From positions 32,001 through 96,000 of IMG/VR virus record IMGVR_UViG_3300035670_000060: DNA of 64,000 nucleotides. One strand, 5' to 3'. Made by a program: the position numbers and the translations under genes. This DNA is from a virus. Position 1 is the stretch's first letter; each line of letters opens with the position of its first letter. This document shows, piece by piece, positions 1 to 9,800 of this stretch. A model generated the notes under the pieces. That model ran no database searches. It was not told the origin of the DNA and saw only the letters and a list, made by a program, of their open reading frames with translations.

Positions 1-649
1 TACCTCCCGTTCCGCCAGTTCCACCAGGTGCACCGCCTGCTGCACCATTATTACCATTATTAGTTGTTGTAGCATTGTGATCGCCGCCAGACACAGTATA
101 AGAACCTCCACCTCCACCACCTGCGACTAATAAAAATCCAAGGGCTATGCTTCCAAAATAAGAACCTCCACCGCCACCACCCGTTTGATAACCACATGGA
201 TTTGCAGTTGCATTTCCTTGTTGACCTACAACAAAAATATAAACTTCACTTTTGGTTAAAGAAAACGTTGCTTGCATGTATGCACCAGCACCAGTACCAG
301 AAAATCCAGTACCACCTTTTGCACCGATAGCAGTAATTCTATAAGTAGCGGTTTCAGGTACGGTCCACTCTTGATATCCTTGTGTTACAACATTAAAATA
401 TGCGGTATTGTTTATCCACGGATATGTAACAGCATTATAGAATGCTAAACAATTTGCTAGTGTTGGACCAGTTCTACCTGTTATATTAGCATTACTAAAA
501 GTGAATGACGTAAATGAGTAAAGTGGTCCGGTAGGTGATATTGCAGGATAATATCTAGATGTGTCCAAATCAATGATTCTACTAGAATTAAAGTTTACTG
601 TAGAATCATCTCCAATATAACTGCTATATCTGTAATAATTAAAAGTCAT
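1..649 (-). CDS. Glycine-rich (ALK/LTK-like Gly_rich domain) putative fibre-tip/adhesin protein, truncated at window edge
   Basis: Not in the ORF track. ATG at 649 reads MTFNYYRYSSYIGDD...QGYQEWTVPETATYRITAIGAKGG...GAGAYMQATFSL...VVGQQG...GGGGGSY...LLVAGGGGGGS and stays open to base 1. Confidence 0.7.
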   Translation of the reverse strand, partial: MTFNYYRYSSYIGDDSTVNFNSSRIIDLDTSRYYPAISPTGPLYSFTSFTFSNANITGRTGPTLANCLAFYNAVTYPWINNTAYFNVVTQGYQEWTVPETATYRITAIGAKGGTGFSGTGAGAYMQATFSLTKSEVYIFVVGQQGNATANPCGYQTGGGGGGSYFGSIALGFLLVAGGGGGGSYTVSGGDHNATTTNNGNNGAAGGAPGGTGGTGG

Positions 650-650
650 A

Positions 651-1013
651 TTAACTTATTTCTTCGTAACTCACGATACCATGTAAATCACTTACTGCAC
701 TCGCAATGAGTCTTATACTGTCATTTTCTTCAAGGTAGATAGAAGTATCTTTTGATATAACGACTAGTGTCGCATCAGCAGGAACAGTTACAGTATATGC
801 GAGATAGAATATTGTAGTTTGATTTTTATAAAGTTCAACGGTGACATCAGCGTTATTAGCACCATCACGATTTGCAATAATCAAAGAGTTTATTTTAAAT
901 ATTTTGCCGCTAGCCGCACTATTACTTACAATTGCTGATGCAGTAGTTCCAATATCTAATCCAGCTACTTTACCACGAATGTCTGAAACATTAACAATAT
1001 TTGGATTTGCCAT
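651..1013 (-). CDS. Small beta-rich virion/fibre adaptor protein (hypothetical)
   Basis: 120 aa, tightly packed between a fibre gene and the Gly-rich gene; RBS (AAGGA) upstream. Confidence 0.6.
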   Translation of the reverse strand: MANPNIVNVSDIRGKVAGLDIGTTASAIVSNSAASGKIFKINSLIIANRDGANNADVTVELYKNQTTIFYLAYTVTVPADATLVVISKDTSIYLEENDSIRLIASAVSDLHGIVSYEEIS

Positions 1014-1027
1014 TTATGTATCCTTTT

Positions 1028-4000
1028 TTAACCAAAAATCATTGCCATTGCAATGCTCTTACCTGTAGTTATGCCACCACCACCACCGCCAGATAACAGT
1101 GAACCGTTAACATATATTCCTGTGTCGTTTACGCAAATTCTTTGACATGTTCCAGCATAAATTGCTACAATGTTTTGTAGTCCGGAAGTTCCTGCCCAGT
1201 TTCCAATAATTGTATTATTAGATCCTGTCGTGACCGAAAATCCTGCATCTGAACCAAAGAAATTATTATGAATGCCAGTGGTGTTAGAGTAACCAGCATA
1301 ATTACCAATGAAAATATTACAACTACCAGTGGTGTTAGAGAAACCAGCACGATTACCAGCAAAGAAGTTATGACTGCCAGCGGTGTTATTTAAACCAGCA
1401 AATCGACCTAAGAAATTATTGTTAGAGCCAGTGGTGTTACAGCAACCAGCACTGTTACCAAAAAAGTTATTATGACATCCAGTGGTGTTAGAGAAACCAG
1501 CACGATTACCAAAGAAATTATTATAACAGCCAGTGGTGTTGCAGTGACCAGCAAAAACACCAATGAAATTATTATTACTGCCAGTGGTGTTGTTGTAACC
1601 AGCAAAACCACCAATGAAATTATTACAACTGCCAGTGGTGTTAGCACGACCAGCAGTTGCACCGAAGAAATTATTATAACTGCCAGTGGTGTTAAAGTAA
1701 CCAGCACCGTTACCAAAGAAATTATTAGAAAAGCCAGTGGTATTGCCATAACCAGCACTTGAACCAATGAAATTATTAAAATATCCAGTGGTGTTAGCAG
1801 CACCAGCAGCATTACCAATGAAATTATTGTTAGAGCCAGTGGTGTTACAGCAACCAGCATTGTTACCAATGAAATTATTATGACATCCAGTGGTGTTAGA
1901 GAAACCAGCACGATTACCAAAGAAATTATTATAACAGCCAGTGGTGTTAGAGCAACCAGCATAATGGCCAAAAAAAGTATTATGACTGCCAGTGGTGTTA
2001 AAGTAACCAGCACTACGACCAAAGAAGTTATTATATGCACCAGTTGTGTTACAACGACCAGTATAGCGACCAAAGAAAGTATTAGCGAAAGCAGTTGTGT
2101 TTGCCGCACCAGCACCAAATCCGAAAAAGTTATTATAACGACCAGTGGTGTTATTACGACCAGCAAATTGACCAATGAAATTATTATGACTGCCAGTGAT
2201 GTTAAAGTGACCAGCACAGAAACCAGCAAAGAAGTTATAAGTACCAGTGGTGTTACACAAACCAGCACATGCACCAATAAAAGTATTATGACTGCCAGTG
2301 GTGTTAAAGCGACCAGCACACAAACCTGCAAAGAAGTTATTACTACCAGTGCTATTGGCTAAACCAGCACTGTTACCGAAGAAATTGTTATAACAGCCAG
2401 AATTCGAATAACCAGCAAAATGACCAAACATATTATTATTACAACCAGTAATGCTAAGAAAACCAGCATAGCGACCAAAGACATTATTATGACAGCCAGT
2501 GGTGTTACTGCGACCAGCTTGATTACCAAAAAAGTTATTATAACAACCAGTGGTGTTAAGACGACCAGCAGCTAGACCAAAGAAATTATTAAAACTGCCA
2601 GTGGTGTTACTGCAACCAGCACTTTGACCAAAGAAATTATTACTAGAGCCAGTGGTGTTACGAAAACCACTATTACATCCTAAAAAATTATTAAAAGTGC
2701 CTGTGGTGTTAGCAAAACCTGAAGAAAAACCTGCAAAGAAGTTATGACATCCAGTGGTGTTACAGTAACCAGCATTGTTACCAAAGAAATTATTATTAGC
2801 GCCAGTGGTGTTATAGTAACCAGCACGATTACCAATGAAAACATTATTATTGCCAGTGGTGTTAGAGTAACCAGCATAAACACCAATGAAAACATTATGG
2901 CAGCCAGTGGTATTACAGTAACCAGCATTTAGACCAAAGAAATTATTATAACAGCCAGTGGTCATATAGCGACCAGCAGATGAACCAAAGACATTATTAT
3001 ACCTGCCAGTGGTGTTATTACATCCACTGGTGACACCAAAGAAATTATTGTTACTGCCAGTGGTGTTACATAGACCAGCACCACGACCAAAGAAATTATT
3101 AAAAGTGCCAGTGGTATTGTTGCGACCAGCATTGCAACCAAAGAAATTATTATTACTGCCAGTGGTGTTACATAGACCAGCAAATAAACCAAAGAAATTA
3201 TTAAAACAGCCAGTGGTGTTACTGCGACCAGCACATGAACCAAAGAAATTATTACTACAGCCAGTGGTGTTACATAGACCAGCAAACAAACCAAAGAAAT
3301 TATTATTACTGCCAGAGGTATTGCTATAACCTGCACATAAACCAAAGAAAATATTAGAACTGCCAAGCGTGTTAGACCTTCCCGCTTGATTACCTATAAA
3401 AATATTATTGGAGACGGTGGTATTGGAATAACCAGCACAATTACCAGCAAAGAAGTTATGACTTCCCGTAGAATTACTATAGCCTGTACGATTGCCTATG
3501 AAAATATTATTACTACCGATTGTATTATTATAGCCTGTATTGAAACCAAAAAAATTATTATCATTTCCAGATGTATTGTATCGACCCGTTTCAGCGCCAA
3601 TAAAATTGTTATTGATACCTGTGGTATTATTTCCGCCGGCCCAAGCACCAATAAAATTGTTACAATTACCCGTCGTATTGTAATAGCCAGCAAGAGGACC
3701 AAAGAAATTATTATAAGTGCCTGTGGTATTACATGTTCCAGCAAAATATCCAAAAAAATTATTACAGCCGCCAGTTGTATTACTACTACCAGCATCACGA
3801 CCAAAGAAATTATTATAACCACCAGTGGTATTGCAGGCACCAGTACATTGACCAGCAAAGAAGTTACCACTGCCAGTGGTGTTTTTGAAACCAGCACTGT
3901 TACCAAAGAAGTTATTATGAGATCCTGTGGTGTTATAGGAACCAACTTGGTAACCAATGAAATTATTGTGACAGCCAGTGGTGTTACAGTAACCAGCATT

Positions 4001-7000
4001 TATACCAAAGAAATTATTATAACGACCATTGGTGTTATATTTTCCTGCTGATCGTCCAAAGAAATTATTATAACGGCCAGTGGTGTTACGGTAACCAGCA
4101 TAATAACCAAAGAAATTATTATTCTGGCCAGTGGTGTTAAATGAACCAGCACCACAACCAAAGAAATTATTATAACGACCAGTGGTATTACAGCGACCAG
4201 CATTTAGACCAAAAAAGTTATTCCAACCGCCAGTTGTGTTACTGTAACCAGCGCATTGACCAATGAAAACATTATGGCAGCCAGTGGTATTACAGTAACC
4301 AGCATAATAACCAAAGAAATTATTATAAGCGCCAGTGGTGTTCTTGTAACCAGCAAATAAACCAAAGAAATTATTACTACGGCCAGTGGTGTTATAGTAA
4401 CCACTACCTTTACCAATGAAATTATTATGATTGCCAGTGGTGTTACTGTAACCAGCACTACAACCAAAGAAATTATTATAAGCGCCACCAATATTACAGA
4501 AACCTGCTTGACGACCAATGAAGTTATTATGTCTAGCATAAGTTCCATGTCGTCCACTATTAATACCAATGTAAATATTACCACATCCAATGGTATTACA
4601 ACAACCAGATAAAGAACCAATAAAAATATTTTCAGAAGCGGTGTTAATGCGACCAGCACACAAACCTAAGAAAATATTATAGCCGCCAGTCGTGTTACAG
4701 ACACCAGCATTTTGACCAATGAAAATATTATGATTACCAGTGGTGTTACAGACACCAGCACATTGACCAGCAAAGAAGTTATTTGTTCCGGTACCACCGA
4801 TTCCACTTATGCAACTTACTATATTATTTGATCCACATACATTAAATACTGACGATCCACCTCCTATACCTGTCAAAGATGATCCATCACCAAAAAATTT
4901 TGTAGCGGTTATGTTATTGGCAGTAAAAGATCCTGAAGCATCTCTAGCAACAATCGTTGAAGCACCATTAGCTGATGCTGCACTAGTTCTAGCGTTTGCT
5001 AAAGTACCTGAAGATATATTAGATGCATTTGTGGTATCTGTTGTCGCTGATGCTGCTAATCCTGAAACTGCACTTGAACTAATTGCAATGTTTACGTTTG
5101 CTACACTCGTCGCTCTACCGTATGTATCAACAACAATTCGTGGTACAGATGATGCTGATCCATAAGTGTTTGCACTGACACCTGATGTTGGAAGTCTTGC
5201 AGCATTTAAAGTACCTGAGGATATGTTTGATGCATTTGTTGTATCAGTTGTAGCTGACGATGCTAAACCAGAAACTGCACCTGAACTAATGGCAATGTTT
5301 ACGTTTGCTACACTTGTTGCTCTACCGTATGTGTCAACGACAACCTGAGGTACTGCTGATGCTGAACCATAAGTACCTGCTGTTGCACCTGATGTTGGAA
5401 GTCTTGCGGCATTTAAAGTTCCGGAAGATATGTTGGATGCATTTAGTGTTGTTAATGATGCGCCACTACCAGAGAATCCTGTACTTGCAGTAATTGTATT
5501 TGCTGTTAAGTTTGCAATTCTAAATTGTGTATTTGATGTATCAATGTTTGTGTTTGTTCCAGGCTCAATAGGATAATTTTCAAAAAACTTCCATATACCG
5601 TCTGAAGCATCCCTAAACAAGCCAGCATGTACATTTGCACTATCCGAAAGTCTTCGATAATGTCCAATAAAACCAATATCAACTGCATCGGTTAGATTAT
5701 CTTTTCCTAATTGAATAATGTTATCTTCAATCACAAGATTATTTGCAGTTACGGAAATAACGTTACCTGTGAATGATACGTTTCCTGTTACAGTTAAATC
5801 TTGAAGAGTTACATTACCTGCTGAAAATGCTCCTGACGCATCTCTCAAAACAATTGTTGATGCCGTATTAGATGCCGTAGCAGTTGTTCTAGCGTTTGCT
5901 AAAGTACCTGAGGATATATTAGATGCATTTGTGGTATCTGTTGTAGCTGATGATGCTAAGCCTGAAACAGCACCAGATGAAATTGCAATTGAGACATTGG
6001 CTACACTCGTCGCTCTACCATATGTATCAACAACAATTTGTGGTACTGCTGATGCTGAACCATAAGTACCTGCTGTTGCACCTGATGTTGGAAGTCTTGC
6101 AGCATTTAAAGTTCCGGAAGATATGTTGGATGCATTTAGTGTTGTTAATAATGCGCCATTACCAGAAATAGTTGTTGATGTTATAACGTTTGCTGTAAAA
6201 GATCCTGAAGCATCTCTAGCAACAATGGTAGAAGCACCATTAGCTGATGCTGCACTAGTTCTAGCGTTTGCTAAAGTTCCGGAAGATATGTTGGATGCAT
6301 TTGTTGTATCAGTCGTCGCTGATGATGCTAAGCCTGAAACAGCACCAGATGAAATTGCGATTGAGACATTGGCTACACTTGTCGCTCTACCATATGTGTC
6401 CACAACAATTTGTGGTACAGATGACGATGATCCATAAGTGTTTGCACTGACACCTGATGTTGGAAGTCTTGCGGCATTTAAAGTTCCACTTGAAATATTA
6501 GATGCATTTGTTGTATCAGTCGTCGCTGATGTTGCTAAACCAGAAACTGCATTTGAACTAATTGCAATTGAGACATTGGCTACACTTGTCGCTCTACCAT
6601 ATGTATCAACAACAATTTGTGGTACTGCTGATGCTGAACCATAAGTACCTGCTGTTGCACCTGATGTTGGAAGTCTTGCAGCATTTAAAGTTCCGGAAGA
6701 TATATTAGATGCATTTGTTGTATCAGTCGTCGCTGATGTTGCTAAACCAGAAACTGCATTTGAACTAATTGCAATTGAGACATTGGCTACACTTGTCGCT
6801 CTACCTTTAGTGTCCACAACAATTTGTGGTACTGCTGATGCTGAACCATAAGTACCTGCTGTTGCACCTGATGTCGCTAATCTATCAGCACTCAATGTAC
6901 CTGAAGATACATTAGAAGCATTTATATTTGTAAGAGTTGAGGCATTTATATTTGTTAATGCTGATCCATCACCACTAAATGTTGTAGCTGTAATAACGTT

Positions 7001-7393
7001 CGCTGAAAATGATCCAGCACCATCTCTGAGCACAATAGTAGAAGCGCCGTTCGCTGAAGATGCTGTTGTTCTTGCGTTTGCTAAAGTTCCGGAAGATATA
7101 TTAGATGCATTTGTTGTATCAGTAGTCGCCGATGTTGCTAAACCAGAAACTGCATTTGAACTAATAGCAATGTTTACGTTTGCTACACTTGTTGCTCTAC
7201 CTTTAGTGTCCACAACAATTTGTGGTACTGCTGATGCTGAACCATAAGTACCTGCTGTTGCACCTGATGTCGCTAATCTATCAGCACTCAATGTACCTGA
7301 AGATACATTAGAAGCATTTATGTTGGTTAAGGTATTACCAGAACCAACAAAATGTAAAGCCGAAACGGCTTCTTTGACTTTAAAATTTGCCAT
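1028..7393 (-). CDS. Giant fibre protein: N-terminal Ser/Thr/Ala repeats plus ~14-aa Cys-rich NTTGxxNxFxGxxAG beta-roll repeats
   Basis: 2121 aa; repeats resemble trimeric-autotransporter/YadA-head-like beta-rolls; GAGG RBS upstream. Confidence 0.8.
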   Translation of the reverse strand: MANFKVKEAVSALHFVGSGNTLTNINASNVSSGTLSADRLATSGATAGTYGSASAVPQIVVDTKGRATSVANVNIAISSNAVSGLATSATTDTTNASNISSGTLANARTTASSANGASTIVLRDGAGSFSANVITATTFSGDGSALTNINASTLTNINASNVSSGTLSADRLATSGATAGTYGSASAVPQIVVDTKGRATSVANVSIAISSNAVSGLATSATTDTTNASNISSGTLNAARLPTSGATAGTYGSASAVPQIVVDTYGRATSVANVSIAISSNAVSGLATSATTDTTNASNISSGTLNAARLPTSGVSANTYGSSSSVPQIVVDTYGRATSVANVSIAISSGAVSGLASSATTDTTNASNISSGTLANARTSAASANGASTIVARDASGSFTANVITSTTISGNGALLTTLNASNISSGTLNAARLPTSGATAGTYGSASAVPQIVVDTYGRATSVANVSIAISSGAVSGLASSATTDTTNASNISSGTLANARTTATASNTASTIVLRDASGAFSAGNVTLQDLTVTGNVSFTGNVISVTANNLVIEDNIIQLGKDNLTDAVDIGFIGHYRRLSDSANVHAGLFRDASDGIWKFFENYPIEPGTNTNIDTSNTQFRIANLTANTITASTGFSGSGASLTTLNASNISSGTLNAARLPTSGATAGTYGSASAVPQVVVDTYGRATSVANVNIAISSGAVSGLASSATTDTTNASNISSGTLNAARLPTSGVSANTYGSASSVPRIVVDTYGRATSVANVNIAISSSAVSGLAASATTDTTNASNISSGTLANARTSAASANGASTIVARDASGSFTANNITATKFFGDGSSLTGIGGGSSVFNVCGSNNIVSCISGIGGTGTNNFFAGQCAGVCNTTGNHNIFIGQNAGVCNTTGGYNIFLGLCAGRINTASENIFIGSLSGCCNTIGCGNIYIGINSGRHGTYARHNNFIGRQAGFCNIGGAYNNFFGCSAGYSNTTGNHNNFIGKGSGYYNTTGRSNNFFGLFAGYKNTTGAYNNFFGYYAGYCNTTGCHNVFIGQCAGYSNTTGGWNNFFGLNAGRCNTTGRYNNFFGCGAGSFNTTGQNNNFFGYYAGYRNTTGRYNNFFGRSAGKYNTNGRYNNFFGINAGYCNTTGCHNNFIGYQVGSYNTTGSHNNFFGNSAGFKNTTGSGNFFAGQCTGACNTTGGYNNFFGRDAGSSNTTGGCNNFFGYFAGTCNTTGTYNNFFGPLAGYYNTTGNCNNFIGAWAGGNNTTGINNNFIGAETGRYNTSGNDNNFFGFNTGYNNTIGSNNIFIGNRTGYSNSTGSHNFFAGNCAGYSNTTVSNNIFIGNQAGRSNTLGSSNIFFGLCAGYSNTSGSNNNFFGLFAGLCNTTGCSNNFFGSCAGRSNTTGCFNNFFGLFAGLCNTTGSNNNFFGCNAGRNNTTGTFNNFFGRGAGLCNTTGSNNNFFGVTSGCNNTTGRYNNVFGSSAGRYMTTGCYNNFFGLNAGYCNTTGCHNVFIGVYAGYSNTTGNNNVFIGNRAGYYNTTGANNNFFGNNAGYCNTTGCHNFFAGFSSGFANTTGTFNNFLGCNSGFRNTTGSSNNFFGQSAGCSNTTGSFNNFFGLAAGRLNTTGCYNNFFGNQAGRSNTTGCHNNVFGRYAGFLSITGCNNNMFGHFAGYSNSGCYNNFFGNSAGLANSTGSNNFFAGLCAGRFNTTGSHNTFIGACAGLCNTTGTYNFFAGFCAGHFNITGSHNNFIGQFAGRNNTTGRYNNFFGFGAGAANTTAFANTFFGRYTGRCNTTGAYNNFFGRSAGYFNTTGSHNTFFGHYAGCSNTTGCYNNFFGNRAGFSNTTGCHNNFIGNNAGCCNTTGSNNNFIGNAAGAANTTGYFNNFIGSSAGYGNTTGFSNNFFGNGAGYFNTTGSYNNFFGATAGRANTTGSCNNFIGGFAGYNNTTGSNNNFIGVFAGHCNTTGCYNNFFGNRAGFSNTTGCHNNFFGNSAGCCNTTGSNNNFLGRFAGLNNTAGSHNFFAGNRAGFSNTTGSCNIFIGNYAGYSNTTGIHNNFFGSDAGFSVTTGSNNTIIGNWAGTSGLQNIVAIYAGTCQRICVNDTGIYVNGSLLSGGGGGGITTGKSIAMAMIFG
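1200..4790 (-). repeat. ~42-bp degenerate coding tandem repeat (approx. 85 units)
   Basis: Recurrent ccagtggtgtt...accagca...accaaagaaattatt on + strand. Confidence 0.9.
4880..7330 (-). repeat. Long coding repeats NASNISSGTL / GTYGSASAVPQIVVDTYGRATSVANV / ASANGASTIVARD
   Basis: Multiple near-identical copies visible in both protein and DNA. Confidence 0.9.
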
Positions 7394-7435
7394 TACCTCG
7401 TCCCATTAGTTATAAACTCAGAGGTCTATATTGTG

Positions 7436-9760
7436 TTACACTGTGCTGTAATTTGTTCCTACTAGTTTCACTGTGATAGTTGCATTAGTTCCTTGAGCAA
7501 AAAGTCTTAGATTTCCGGAACTAATGTTTGCAGTGAAGATTACTAAATCATCATTTACATTAGTCGATACGATACCATATTCTGATATATATACGTTTGT
7601 ATCATCATGTACAACATGAATTTTTCCAGTTGAAAAATATGGTGTGCCTGTTGTAGTTTTTATATGGTATGTATATTCTGCCGTTCGATATGTAGCAATC
7701 GCAAAACTATCAACAATTGTTGCTGATCCTGTTGTTATGCCAGATGTAGATGATTCTAAAGAACCTGCACCTGTAAATACAATATTATCACCAGATTTGC
7801 TTACTGTGACTGTTCCAGCGCCAACAAAGTTTACATTACTCGTTGCACCACTTGTCAATGCTGTTAGTGTAAGATTTGCACCAGATGTCGCTGTTGTAGT
7901 TGATATAGAATATGTATCATATTCAACCGGAATAGGTACATTATAATAATTAGTACCATTATTTGTAAAGTTCCAACGATCACTAGATTCGTTCCATAAA
8001 AATTTAACGTTTGTTGATGTGCCACGCTCAACTTCAATACCTGCGTCTTGTGACGGAGAACCAGTCTCATCACTGTTCAACAATAAAACGCTGTCACCAA
8101 TGTCAACTTGATTTGAATTAACCGTTGTAGTTGTACCATTAACAGTTAGATTTCCTGTAATAACAGTATTACCGTCAACACTCAGATCATTGACTGTTAC
8201 ATTACCCGCTGAAAATGCTCCAGCAGCATCTCTAAGAACTATCGTTGAAGCGCCGTTTGCTGAAGCAGCGGTTGTTCTAGCGTTATCTAATGTGCCTGTT
8301 GATATATTTGATGCGTCTAGATTTGTTAACGCTGCGCCGTTGCCAGAGAATGTGGTAGCCGTTATAGCGTTTGCAGCAAAAGATCCTGAACCATCTCTTG
8401 CGACAATTGTGGATGCACCGTTAGCGGATGCGGCTGATGTTCTAGCGTTTGCTAAAGTTCCTGTTGAAATATTTGATGCATCTAAATTTGTTAATGCTGC
8501 ACCATTACCTACATGAGTTCCTGATAATGTTGTACTCGTTATAACATTTGCTGCGAATGAACCAGAAGCATCCCTAGCAACGATGGTAGAAGCACCATTT
8601 GCTGATGCTGCTGTTGTTCTAGCGTTATCTAATGTGCCTGTTGATACGTTAGATGCATTTAAATCTGTAAGTGCTGCTCCGTTACCTGAAAACGTTGTCG
8701 CTGTTATAGCATTTGCAGCAAAAGATCCTGAACCATCTCTTGCAACAATAGTCGAAGCACCATTTGCTGATGCTGCTGTTGTTCTTGCGTTATCTAATGT
8801 TCCAGTTGCTACGTTAGATGCATTTAAATTTGTTAATGCTGAACCATTACCAGAAATTGTTGTTGATGTTATAGCATTAGCTGTGAATGATCCTGATGCA
8901 TCTCTTGCGACAATTGTTGAAGCGCCGTTTGCTGAAGCGGCGGTTGTTCTAGCATTGTCCAGTGTGCCAGTTGATACATTTGACGCATTTAAATCTGTAA
9001 GTGCTGCACCATTACCAGAAATTGTTGTTGATGTTATAGCATTAGCTGTAAATGAACCAGAAGCATCTCTAGCAACAATCGTTGAAGCGCCGTTTGCTGA
9101 AGCAGCAGTTGTTCTATCATTTGATAAAGTTCCTGATGTTACGTTTGATGCATTTAAATTTGTAAGAGTTAACCCATTACCTATAATATAAGTTGCTATA
9201 ACATTTCCTGATATCGTTAAGTCAGCATCAGACGTTGTTAAAGTTGTACCACCAATTTTTAAGGAACTGCCTGAAAGATATAAATCTCTGAATCTATGTG
9301 TGTCATCACCTAGATCGTAAGTTACATTAGCATCTGGTAAAATATGACCTGATACAGTAAGGCCGTTCAAAATTCCTACTTGAGTAATATTTGATTGTGT
9401 TGTTGTAATTAATGTACCAGTAATTTGATTTGCGCTAAAATTTCCAGCCGCATCTCTTGCAACAATCGTTGAAGCACCATTTGCTGAAGCTGCCGTTGTT
9501 CTAGCGTTTGCCAAAGTACCTGATGATATATTGGACGCATTTAAATCTGTAAGTGCTGAGCCATTACCAGATATTGTTGTTGATGTTATAGCGTTTGCGC
9601 TAAAACTACCAGAAGCATCTCTAAGAACAATGGTAGAAGCGCCGTTCGCTGAGGCCGCGGTTGTTTTATCATTTGTTATTGTCGAACCTATCCAGTATCC
9701 AGCTGAATTAACAACATCTACGCTGTTAACCTTGATACCACTTTTGACCTTAAATGTCAT
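7436..9760 (-). CDS. Fibre/structural protein with ~49-aa tandem repeats
   Basis: 774 aa; repeats LNASNVSTGTLDNARTTAASANGASTIVARDASGSF; shaft motif GNLTVNGTTTTVNS...DAGIEVERG; late promoter and RBS upstream. Confidence 0.75.
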   Translation of the reverse strand: MTFKVKSGIKVNSVDVVNSAGYWIGSTITNDKTTAASANGASTIVLRDASGSFSANAITSTTISGNGSALTDLNASNISSGTLANARTTAASANGASTIVARDAAGNFSANQITGTLITTTQSNITQVGILNGLTVSGHILPDANVTYDLGDDTHRFRDLYLSGSSLKIGGTTLTTSDADLTISGNVIATYIIGNGLTLTNLNASNVTSGTLSNDRTTAASANGASTIVARDASGSFTANAITSTTISGNGAALTDLNASNVSTGTLDNARTTAASANGASTIVARDASGSFTANAITSTTISGNGSALTNLNASNVATGTLDNARTTAASANGASTIVARDGSGSFAANAITATTFSGNGAALTDLNASNVSTGTLDNARTTAASANGASTIVARDASGSFAANVITSTTLSGTHVGNGAALTNLDASNISTGTLANARTSAASANGASTIVARDGSGSFAANAITATTFSGNGAALTNLDASNISTGTLDNARTTAASANGASTIVLRDAAGAFSAGNVTVNDLSVDGNTVITGNLTVNGTTTTVNSNQVDIGDSVLLLNSDETGSPSQDAGIEVERGTSTNVKFLWNESSDRWNFTNNGTNYYNVPIPVEYDTYSISTTTATSGANLTLTALTSGATSNVNFVGAGTVTVSKSGDNIVFTGAGSLESSTSGITTGSATIVDSFAIATYRTAEYTYHIKTTTGTPYFSTGKIHVVHDDTNVYISEYGIVSTNVNDDLVIFTANISSGNLRLFAQGTNATITVKLVGTNYSTV
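8190..9680 (-). repeat. ~147-bp coding repeats (ASANGASTIVARD unit)
   Basis: About nine copies of the unit in the translation. Confidence 0.85.
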
Positions 9761-9792
9761 AATTTTCTCCTACCTTTGATTAGGTTTTTTAT

Positions 9793-9800
9793 TATTTATA
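9793..9800 (-). promoter_or_regulatory. T4-type late promoter TATAAATA
   Basis: Exact consensus 33 nt upstream of the 9760 start. Confidence 0.75.

Noticed and set aside
1200-4790. Regular short repeats resembling a CRISPR array
   Set aside because: Degenerate, in-frame coding repeats with no constant repeat/unique spacer structure and no cas genes
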